NCBI RefSeq assembly: GCF_000150275.1
Contig: NW_002060948.1
Coordinates: 1,920,918-1,984,917 of the forward strand
Direction: 5' to 3'
Source: Trichoplax adhaerens
Taxonomy: Eukaryota; Animalia; Placozoa
DNA length: 64,000 nucleotides
Positions 25,555 to 37,497 of the stretch are shown one piece after another. A model generated the notes under the pieces. The model was not told the origin of the DNA, made no database searches, and was given only the letters and a program-made list of their open reading frames with translations. Every line of letters begins with the position of its first letter. Within the stretch, counting starts at the first letter, position 1. The position numbers and the translations under genes were made by a program.

Positions 25555-28516
25555 GTATCTCCAGTCTATGCAAATCCATGTTCAAGTAACCCTTGTAAGT
25601 ATGGACTTTGCCAGCGTCTTAATGATACAAGCTATTTATGCCAATGTGATCAAGGTTATTGGGGATATCAGTGTCAATATAAACCTTCGGATTGTAAATG
25701 GTCGATAAAAGGATCTAATGGTATGCTAAACTGAATTAAATGCGCTAGTTTAATTTCGCTTTGCTCTAGATATACCTTACTAGATCTTGTAACTGGTATA
25801 TATTCCATTCTTAAATGTTCTATCGCATTCTTATCAACCTGCTTGTGAGGTGATCATGATATGGCTTTTGTTCTTTCATATGAATACTAAATTATGTAAA
25901 TCTTGAACAGTTTTTTAATATTTTTACACCTACTATATCATGATATATTTTCATTTCTTTCATATGACTACTAAATTACGTAAATCTTGAACAGTTTCTT
26001 AGCGTAATTTACTGTCTACAAAGAGTCGATACAGTGAATCATAAACATAGATATAACTTTATAGGCTAGTTTCGCAAGTCAAAGTCTGATCGCTTATATT
26101 TTTACAGCTTCAGTAGTCTATCCAACTGGAAGACAGTGGAAAAATCAATGCAATAGCTGTTATTGTTTGCAAGGAAAGGTTATCTGTAGTCAGGTAAAGA
26201 ATTTAAATAGCAATATATTTACGAGGATTGGTAAATATCGTAAAGGAGAATTAACAATATGTACTTTATTCTGACACTGTTCTATCAATTTATTACAACA
26301 TTTCCAGTGATATAGAAACGAAATGTATTAATACAGGGATTCACGCTCTGTGATAAAATTTTGCCCACGTAATGAATGATAACATTAATTTTCGAATCCT
26401 CTGTTAATTTTTAGCTATGGTGTGGTTTAACTTTTTGCCAGAGTGGGAATGATTGTTCTGAAACATCAAAGCCTTGTACTGTAGTGCCAAAATCCTGGTG
26501 TCTATCAACATCTTGCTCCCAATATGGTTACTGTAGTTCTACAGAAAATCAAATAGTGACAGATTGTATACGAAATAGGCCATTGCAAAAATGCATCTTG
26601 AGAACCGTTTATATTGATATAAGTCAATTCACTCAGGTTAGTGTGTTAGCTTATAAATTTATGAACTAATATTAAAATAGGTGAAGTAAAGGTATTACTA
26701 TTTAATGATAGACTTCTGAGTAATACAAGATCGTGAGCTTATGCCTTTTATCCTTCGTTTAGAATATAACTGTCGAGTCAATTTGCCAAGAAATCAGATC
26801 TATAAGATCCATACAGTATTATACTAATACCAGCATTACTATTGGATGTCAATCCAATGCTTCTACTCTTTTTCAAGCCCGATACCGTCAATTATTGATT
26901 GCAATCGTAAGTTGACTGTTGTGATGAGTATTCCATGCCTATTCTATTTAGAAATAGGTTAAAACTAGAAAAACTTTGAATACGTGTATTTATCGATATG
27001 GTTTGATAGAAATGTAAAGCAATACCGAATATTGGACGAGGAATAGCTTATGAATATGAATGTATATTAAGACTTTGCTTAAAATAGTTACGACGGGTTA
27101 AGAAATGATAAAATATCTTTATCATTTTAGTCATCCCCTAAGATCAGTGCTGCAGAATTAATCATGAATGATCTTAATCAAACATTATCTGGCCCTTATA
27201 TTCGTGGAAATCTTCGCCATATTATCTTTACACTACCAACTACTGGTAAGAGATACTAAAAGTATATAGATTCATCAAATACCTCTATATTAGCGAAGTA
27301 GAAATGTATTTATTTTCTATATGCAATTGACTAAAGATATTAATCCGTTAGAGGAATTAAAAATTTTTCGTCCCTAAATAACAACATATTACAATTTATG
27401 CTCGAAATCAAATCGAGAATTGCCTACCGTATAATCTTGATAAATAAGCGATAGATTCTATAATGTATTGCATGTATCGATGTTTGTTCTGTGAGCTATT
27501 TTCATATTTATGTGCCAATTTTTATCGATTGGAGATTTCATGGACCGAATTAATGTTACATATTATTCTTTATTGCTCATCTCATCGATTAATTTTACAT
27601 ATTTCGACTAGTGCCATCTTTTATACTACCTTTACTGATTACTGGGACGGCTTTATTAATTTTGGTGCTGATTGCAACTGCTTGGTTAATTAAGCGCAAA
27701 TATGATACTGATTCTCAAGATCAGATTGACACCAAGAAATCGGAATTATCCAATTTCATTTTTAAGAGGCATTTTTCTTTCAGCAAAGGAAAACCAAAGA
27801 CGCAAGAAATAACAGCAAATCCTATCTTTGTTGATGAAAATGAGGCAGCATGGAAAAGGAAAAGCTCAATTCGTGCTTCTGCTAACTTCTTTCGTGGGGT
27901 TAAACCAAAACGAAAAGCGTATGAAATTCGTAATAGCCGCAATAAAGGCAGAGGCATATCACATAAGAAAGATGGAGGAAATGATGATTCTTTTGCTGGG
28001 CATGACAATAACAATACCGGTAATGGAATAACTGTACGAGAACTTACCACCAATGATTATGGCAATTCAAGCCAGGTAAATCAGCATCAAAATGAAGATA
28101 ATATTCTCTCTGAAAATGGGCTTATAAATCAAGATGATAGAAAGGGAACTAGTGGCTATTCGGATATATTATCGCATAGTTTAAGATGGATCGCAGGAAG
28201 GCGTAAATCGAGTGTGACTTTAGAACAGCCTGGATATGATATTCAAGGACAAGATATGACTAGCGATATTAAAATTGTGAAAGTAAATGATCAATCTGAG
28301 AAACAAGAGAATATTTATCGGCGGGTTGTAACAGGAGATAATGTCAAATTATACAATGCGGAACAAGATAATATTAAAACGCAGACTGTAGCACATGATA
28401 ACATTGACTTTCAGCCTGAAATTCAAAATAATATCGACCAGCAAGCTGAAAAGTTTGATCATCATACCAATCTACTGACTGAAACCGAAGAATCTGACGA
28501 AAGTAAGATCTTATAG
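25555..28516 (+). CDS. Miniature Jagged/Serrate-derived membrane protein (1 EGF, vWC, juxtamembrane domain, TM, ~275 aa tail); first exon unresolved
   Basis: Exons, all GT-AG and in frame: 25555-25720 (VSPVYANPCSSNPCKYGLCQRLNDTSYLCQCDQGYWGYQC), 26108-26193 (GRQWKNQCNSCYCLQGKVICSQ), 26415-26636 (LWCGLTFC...), 26763-26906 (NITVESICQEIRSI..ITIGC..LLIAI, compare Jagged1 GLTTEHICSELRNL..IYIAC..IHVAI), 27131-27245, 27612-28516 (SFILPLLITGTALLILVLIATAWLIKRK TM plus tail). Intron positions match the gene at 3.3-14.4 kb. Confidence 0.85.
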
Positions 28517-29803
28517 ATAAATTACTTTATAGTAAATGTACAAGTATATGATAATCTTGATGAGGTTTAAGTGTCAAAATGTAATTTATGAGTGCGGAGA
28601 TATGATATAGAATCTAATTTACTTTATAAACTGAGTACAAACATATTTATCTGCGACTTATTTTGTTTAAAATTGAATTAACTTCATGTTAATAAATTAT
28701 TTAAGATAACAAATTAAGTAAATTGGATCTTTTATGTTCTAAATTTTACATATGTATTGTACCCCTAACATCTTCATTTAATGTTATAGTAATATTTGAC
28801 GAATTAGAACTGTGTGAGGATAAATTTGATTATAATATTGTGATTGGTCTATCTTGCACCACTTTGTAATGATATATGAGTATAAATAATAAAGCCTTTG
28901 ATGTACATAGATCAATTATTCATTTATTCTGGCACCTTATTAATTTAATTGCGAAAGTCGCGGTAGCTCCACTTAAATTTTATAGAAGCTCGCTGCAATG
29001 GTTGTTACAGACTGAGCGCGATATAAAGTTAAAGTTTATATGTAGTTAGTAAGTTTACTAAATATAGATAATAACGCTATGTAAACTTATTAACATTACA
29101 AACAAGTTTAATTCAATGCTATTGAGAGTAGTGTGTGAAAATATTACCGATAATAGAGTCTTCTTAGCTTGCTGAATAATCACTATGTCATTCAAGATTA
29201 TCTATCAATTTTTAGACGTTGCACAAGTTTTGTAAGCATATAATGAAGTATTTTTGATATATCTACGAGTATATCGCTGTTTACAACGTTCTGTAGTTAT
29301 GCCAAGAACTGCTATTTGTATATATAGTTGCAGGTTTGATATGGCAAGATTACCGAAAATGAGAATATACATTCGTTATGTTCAAAATTAGCGAGTATGA
29401 TTAGATATCATAAAGGAATAGCACATTTTATGGTTATCCATTTAATTTAGTTATTTGTAATGACAAATAAAAATATATATACGCATATATATTTATATTA
29501 GTCTAGCATTATATCATTACTACCTTGCATAATCAATTAATTTTGAATATATTAAAATTTAAGGAATCTTAAAACAGGTATCTAAGTTTTCTTAATATTA
29601 ATATTTCTCAAGTTCAGACTTATCTTGATGTTATGATATAGTAGTGTATTAGCTTGGTGGTAGCCCAGAAAACTCCGATTATCAAAATAGTTAGTATTTG
29701 TGACGACATTTACTTAAGAGGTCTCTACTTTTAGATTCATGATATCAAGTAAATTTGTATAAAAATTTGTTAAGATAAAAATATAGATGTAATTTGTAAA
29801 TGA

Positions 29804-32800
29804 TTATGTAGAATCCTGAATGAACTTATCCGCCTCAGTCAGTAACATTTGATATTGATTGTAAAACTGGTCCATGATATTATCGTCATTTATAATAGTT
29901 TCAATTATTCTACAGTCTGATTCGCAATATCGGCTATTTATCTGGTAGGTAAAAATATAATAATGTTAATTTTAATAAGATGAATAACTATATCTTTAAT
30001 GATTGTATTGGATTAAATATTTTAACATTTTTATTATAAAAATTAATTAGGAGTCATTTATATATTTGTCTAAACTGGTATTATGAATGATCGCTATCGC
30101 CTTACTTTTGAGGTTATCTTGTTAAATAATTTGAATTTGTAATGGTACAGTTTATGGTAGATTGTTGATCGTACTTTACAGAATCTACCTAAATAGAACT
30201 GGTGTAGCAAAGATTATTGATAATTAATTAATGATGTACAGTTTCATAACTATATTCGTATAGCGGTTATCACGATCAGTTCAAATCTTTAAGTTATATG
30301 TAAGAAGATCGGAGAGAATTAGTGAAATCTAACTTGACGTAACTTTGATTTTCAAATCTTTATACGTACTTACCGATTTCTTGCTAGGCTCATCATCTGG
30401 TATCTCCTGATATAATTAAAGTAGATTTCTTATCAATCAACGTATTGATACACAAGAATTAAAATTAATTTGTACAACTATCAAAGTCTCTGTTGTATTT
30501 TTGATACGACTCAACAAGTACGATGGATCGTTGGTAAGCAAAATTTGAAAAATACCTTAAAAGTATCACGACAATAGGCTCTTCCATTAAATGTGAGACT
30601 CCAGGTAGCAATTCTGTTTGATAGCCTGCATGCCTTAATTTTATAGATAATATTTTTTTACGGAACAAATTATGGAGAAATTTCAACACTAAGTAATAAA
30701 CGAGAGTACACATTTACCTCGCAGTCTCGTTGGCCCGGTAATTCGTAAGTAATGATCATTGGATACTTTTCTAGTGATGCCTGAAATTTATTAAGAATAT
30801 TTGCTATTATAATTAGAAATATATAAACAAAGTTAATCTGGGGCACACTAAAAAACGATCTAACTTAATAATTAACATGATGTACATTCTTTCTTGTGGG
30901 CTATAACTAGCATCCAAGTGTTACTTATCTTAATAGCGATAAGACTCTATAGCACTCAAAGTAAATCGTTGCTGTTGTTAAACTAAATAGCTTGTAATTA
31001 GCATATAGTATAAGATATTCGGAATATGTTACGCAATTAATGCATAGTATACAAATGTAAACTTTTCTAATACACGTCATAAACGTTTATGAAAGCGCGT
31101 AAATTATAATCTCGCATTTTTACATGCTTTTATAATGGTGATAGTATAGGTGAGAGTTAAACTTATTCATATATGTTACTTATTTTACCTTAAAATTTGA
31201 CTGCCAGGCTGTACTTTGTAGGATACTGACTTTGGCATCAATAAGACTTTCTATTCGATTCTTTGGCTTCAAAAAATAGTCAACTATGACAATTATGGGA
31301 TTAAAATTAAAATTCTCATAAATTGTATCAAGTTTTAATATTTATTAATCAGTTGGAGAATTAAATTCAAATGACGTTCCTAATCTGTTGTTTGGTAATG
31401 GTTTATATTCCAAACTTACCGTTTTCGGCGGTGACTTCGTCAGCGAATTGATCATCGATAGCTACAGATGCAATGTATTGGATGTAGATACAAAAACATT
31501 CTTTTAAGGGCTGGGCAAGTGAATGCATCTTTTCCCGGAATTTTGTCAACTCTGCAGTAATGAAAGCAACATTAATATTTCGTGCTTTTTATTAATTGTA
31601 AATACTGTTTCACATGTATAACTGAGCTATTTACCAAATGGCTGCCTCCGAGCTTGATATTCGGAAACCTAGATGTGTTCATAACAGACAGCACACGCTA
31701 TTCAAAATAATTACCTTAGACGACGTGGCTTGATACGAAATTAAAATATATATATATACCTCAATAGCTTCTTCTGATAAGGCTTCAGAGTCATCACTAT
31801 CTGATAATACAACTGAAAAAGCAATCAATCAACCTTCAGAAATGTGCTATTAACAAATGTACATATTTAGGATTTTATGTTATCAGTTACCAAAAGACAT
31901 GATGTCACAGTATCTACTGTAAACGTTACCAGTAAGTAGATAATGGTATCGAATGACTTTTATTAAGTAAATAATAGTGTATCACAGTTCTGCTTTCTAT
32001 ATAGTCGTGACTATAGCTTACCATTAGCATTATAATCATGGGGTTTGATTATTTTATCGACCATAGGGCTATTAATGTCGTTACTACTACCAAAGCTGTC
32101 GATATCTTCAGAATCCGAGATGATATATCTTTCACTTTCAGGGCTTTCAGCTTCTATTAATTATAATTTTATAATTACACAACAATACGTGTAAATTTAA
32201 CGATGAATTCATAATGAGTAATAATTAGGAAATTATCCTGTACATCAGTTTGTTTGGTAGCTTTTCTTAGATACTTTGTATCATTAGATAATTAATTAAA
32301 GAATACATATTTTGAACAAGTACTGTGCACGTAATCATTTTATCACCTACTTCTATTTTGCAGCCTTTCTTTCAAGGCTGTAACTTCTTTGACTTTATTT
32401 TTTTCAACTGTTGCTATTCTGTTTGACCGTCGTATAGAATACGAAGATGAAGGTCTGAAGGAGGAATAGATTTACGCATACATTATTGGCGCTAGTAAGT
32501 TAATACAGGAAATGAATGTGTACAAAATAATAAATTTACGGTGTCGATGATGCATTATCCGACTGATTCGCACTCTCCCCATCATAATGATAATTTTGTT
32601 GATTGATTCCTTTATTTTTAATAACATCCGATTCGGGAGACGTTTTGTAACCATCATTAGATTCATGATCATCCGAGACGAGCCATTCCAATTGTACTGA
32701 ATCTACGCTAGAAGCTTCCGACGGAGACTGATTGATAGGGTGTTGAAGTCCAGATATATCGTAATTATTTTCAGGATCTGGTAGTAGTTTGTGAGTAAAT

Positions 32801-33639
32801 AATGATAGTATAACATTATTAACTATATTCACCTATGCAGCGTATAAGAGTACATAATTTCTTAAAGGAGTTTTAGTTAATCGACTTTAAAACAGCGTAT
32901 CAACAGCGTATTACTGATTGAAGTTCACACACGGCGTGTAATGCAATATTAAGTTTGCTGTTAACCGACATTAGTTTATCGCATTGCCTTTTCTATATTT
33001 TATAACTATGATTGAAAACGCCCAATCATTGATGATCTTTCAATCATCTCACGATAATAGAAAAGAATACTACGAAAAACTTGATATTGTCTAACAACGG
33101 AAATAGTACTATTACTTTGTAATTATCACTAGTTTAAATTTTAGAAATGTGACAAATTCCAGCAGTAAGAAATAATAGTTAATACAGGATATAAAGTATA
33201 AAGTGACAGAGCTAGGATACATACACTTTTGCTTTATAGATGCAAAGTTATCGGTTGCCTTTTGATTCTTTTCTTTTAAACGTGTTGATCTACGGCGTTT
33301 AAAATTACCATAGCTGATATCTTCATTATCCGAAACTTCAGTTATATTTCGATTTCTTTTTTTCAAACGTGTTGACCTACGGCGCTTGAAATTGCCACAG
33401 CTGATATTTTCATTATCAGGAACTTTAGTTGTATTTCGATTTCTTTGATGACCTGTTTTATACGACGCGGAAAAAGTAGTATCGTCTTCACTATGGGTGT
33501 CGTTGTCGCTTGTGCCGATTTGACCATAATCTAATTTTCGAGACACCAACTTGGACTTTTTCCTTTTATTACAGATATCTTGCGGTGTTCTAATATCGTC
33601 GCTAATGTCCTCTGAGCCAGAGCTATCGGACTTTATCAT
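29804..33639 (-). CDS. CCDC82: CCDC82-like protein (acidic/basic disordered N-terminus plus DUF4211 domain); exact start uncertain
   Basis: Spliced exons read LKECFCIYIQYIASVAIDDQF (31551-31420), ILQSTAWQSNFK, ASLEKYP..RDCE|ACRLSNRIATWSLTFNGRAYCRDT, FYLGRFCKVRSTIYHKLYHYKFKLF (30198-30106; compare CCDC82 [23 protein letters not shown]). The last exon ends ADKFIQDST* at 29804. N-terminal Ser/Asp-rich exons are in ORFs 33112-33639 and 32536-32832. Confidence 0.8.
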
Positions 33640-36600
33640 GACTTGCCGTTTTTTCGCGCTATGACTAGTCGTAGATTTGATTCAAACGTTAATAAGGAAT
33701 AGTGAATAGCAAGCATCAACAGTTACTGATGTAAAGTAGATGTGCTATTCTGTTCCGGTGCATTAGCTATTTTAATAAAAATTTAACTGCAAAATATTTT
33801 ACTTTCATTTTGTTGTTTGGATGTGATATAGGACAAAATGTGGACAAATTCGAGTGTTTAATGATTTAACAGTAAGTAATTTCTTATATACTGTACCTCA
33901 AGCGTCAATAAAGTAGAATTATGACTTGGATAAAATTTTACGTTGATAGCTAGTTTATCATTTACTGTTGCGAGTTACTGTACTTTCTGTACAGAGAGCA
34001 TATCCATTGAAGAAACGATAGACGTATAAATACAGTACATATAGTAGAGATCTTGGGACTAAAGGATGATTACTTTTGTGCAGTGTCTGCTCAAAATATT
34101 GGGATTATCGAAGTATTCAGTTATCTACTGTACAGTACAGTTGATATATGTAGCATTTAACATCAACATGTGCAAAATGATCAGTACCAGCAATAGTAAA
34201 ACTTTGATCATATCTATTACATTGCTTTCATCATAAGGCTTGCAACAGGTGCATACTGTCAGATCAAGCGAGATATCGCAAGCAAAATTAATTAATACAT
34301 ATATTTTAGATACGAAATATCGGAGGTAATTTTACAAAAGTACTATCTAACGAAAGTGAATCATGGAAATTTTTGAACCTGCTCAAACAAGTCGTGCTGG
34401 CGCATCCACAATAAATTAAGTAGGGCATATGTATCAAATACTTTTATGAGACTATTTTATAAGTCGAGCTAACAACCCATCATGTATGCTATTTTTTGGT
34501 AAATCATTCTCATTTACATCATCTACTGTACATTTAGTATACTCCATATTCTGCATACGCGTATATAGTCATATTTTGTTGAAGGTTATCAACGCTGTTG
34601 TGGTATAAAAAATTCTTCCATGGCTGAACATATAGCTAGAGTACAACTGTCCGTTAGCTCTAGCCATTTTGCATGAATTTGTACACTTCGTTAAAACTGG
34701 CCTACTGTAAGAATAAGATTAATGACCTAAAGTTACACTACACTGCTAAGTGGTTTTGCATAGTTTTGCTTGTCTACCACATTACAGACAACAGGAAATG
34801 ATCAAGTCGGCTATTTCTCTATGTTGATCCAGCTGAACTGGGCTTTATACTATGTGTTTTTCTTAACAGATTAAGTCAATTTTACAGGCTAAATTCGATC
34901 ATTACTTCAAGGATAATAAACGATGGATCAAATTGATCTTAAACGATTTAAAATAGAATGTGCGTATGTAGCTTAATGCTTAGTCATAGGGCGAGTAAAA
35001 TTTCTAGTGTGACCTTTACCCAAACTACAGTACAGTTTATGCGGCGAATTTTTTTCTCTACTTCTCATTATTCCTACAACTGCTGTCAATTTTACAACTC
35101 CATTTCAGCAATTCTGTGCATGCATCAGGTTATACTTTACTGCTGAAGTAGACCATTCTTGCTACGCTGTTACTCTATCCTATTCTATCTACTCATAAAA
35201 TGATTCCTGCTCTAGAAAAACATCTTGCTAGATAAGGTACTAACCATATAGGCACGTCGCTATCGTCATCTGGATCGCTAGCCCAATTTTCCATGGCTGC
35301 TTCAGTATAATCGTAATGAAAACCTTTTACTCTATGAAACTGTAGATGCACATTTCACCCTTGATTAATTATTATAAAATACAGAATTCTTAACTACTTG
35401 GTAGCCAATTTCATCAGGTCGCTAGCTGCCAACTTGTCAAGGAAACACTCTAATTTTAGACTTTCGCGGCACTTTTTGAAGAGTTTCGAATTTAGCTTAC
35501 GAATGGTAGATTTGAAATACTAAGCCATATATTGTTAGCTCGTGTATTAGACTGTTGAGGATACATGCACTAGTCCATGTTTACATTTTAGAAAACATTT
35601 AGCTAAGGCCTCAGACAGACCTCAGTCGGTCAGAGAGGAAATTAATAAGAAGAACAGCTACATTAATTACTGCTTAACAAAATTGGCTAAAGGCAGATTA
35701 GGCAATATTTCCTATACGAATTATCGTAGGATAAAATGCACGACTTTCTCTAAAGGTTTGCCTGTACGATACGCAAAAATCAATTGCAGAAGAAAGAGGT
35801 ATCTACTGAAGGGAATGTTAGGCCTTAGGAGCTGAATAAGGATGATTTATTTTTGCATGAATTTATAAACGGAAAGTTTTTATAACATTCGGGGATCCAT
35901 TGATCTAGAATTCAGTTTAAATACTATACAATGCAGAATGACTACAGAGTTTAACCACAACTATACAGGTCTGCTATGAAATTGCTCTATCGAAACTCGA
36001 AATGACTGCTTGCAAATTTGCCTGCAGCAAATCTGCGATTTATTAATTAGCACGAGCGGTAATGAGTAGTCTTGAATCATAGCTTATATTTGAAAAGTAC
36101 ATCGATTTACTGTACAGGCTGACTGGAATATTTATACAAATCTGTCACTAAGCCAAGTCATACTAGTAAAAGGACAGATTATTGTTTCTACGATCATCTC
36201 ATGCATTTTGTGAGTCTGTTAGTAGTGCAAGCTGTCATAGCTCATATTATGATCGTAGTAAACAGCTAAAACACTATGCCTACTAAAGGCATTTACTCCT
36301 ACTCGTATTTTCAAGATACCTTTAGATTTTGCATATGTTATAGAACAGTATAGAGTCGATATGATGAAATCTGGTTCTAGATGCGGTGATTTTCTTGCCA
36401 TGTATAAGTTATTAAAAAGACTCAATAATGAAAAATTTAATCCTAGTCAAATATCAACGATTTGTAACTTAATATTCGTAGCCTTACTATCCAGTATTAG
36501 TCTATCCGGACTGTGAACAAGACTACTAAGATGAAAGCATCACTTGCAGTGTTGTTTATACAAAGATTGCACTATGGAAACTATTTTGTAGTTATAGAAA

Positions 36601-37497
36601 GTGCTCAGGTGTACTGTATTAGAAATCGTGTATTCCGTTTATGTCTTATCACTAAAATCCCTGGGGATCGGGTATACATTCTTAAGATCATAGTTGATAG
36701 CTAATATCCGTCTCTATGATCGTAATAGATTTAGTGTTGCAAATATGAATGCATTGGTTACAAACATTTTTTTAATTACAAGAAGACTTGTTAAGTTTGT
36801 ACTGCGTAGTAGTAGCAATTGCAGCAAGTATTACATTAACAATATGTACAGCAATCTTTCGTATATACAGTACATTTCCATTTAGTTAAAGAAATTAGCA
36901 ATTTCAGGGTAATCAAGTTGTTATTAAGAACAAATCGGAAGAAAATAAAAGTATAGGTTACATATTTTTACATGTATTTGTATTTATATGTACAAAACAG
37001 CTATCCAACATGCATAAATACAGTATATATATAATACTCATAGTATCATGTAAGAGCGGTACCTATGTCGTACAAATTGCTGTCACTGCTAAGGCGAAGG
37101 ATCGTTTACAATATTGTGATATCCGCCTTTTTTCTTCACTACTCGTTCCAGTTAGAAAAAAGTATACAATAACAAATATAGTGAGACACAGGTTGCACTA
37201 CAGGAGCTCATATAGTTAGTATAAAACACATTTCAACGTGAAATTACAAACGATACAAAATGTGAAAAGCTAAGGGTTATAAAATCTTGCTTCCGCATGT
37301 TAGCCTCTAGGCAATTTATGGATGGAATAGATTTGCCTAATGTTTAGTAATTGTTGTAATAATGTGCGGTGAAAGGAGTTATCAAACCGATCTCTGTATG
37401 GAAAGAACTTGTGGCGAGAAATCGACCGCTGATGATGTGTATGATTGGGTTCCATTTGAAGCTAAATCATCTTATTAACAATCTTCATTGTTGTAAA

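Noticed and set aside
28502-28516. PDZ-binding C-termini in the Jagged-like tails (ESKIL, GSLIN, TNHDL)
   Set aside because: None fits the class I S/T-x-hydrophobic consensus at the -2 position.
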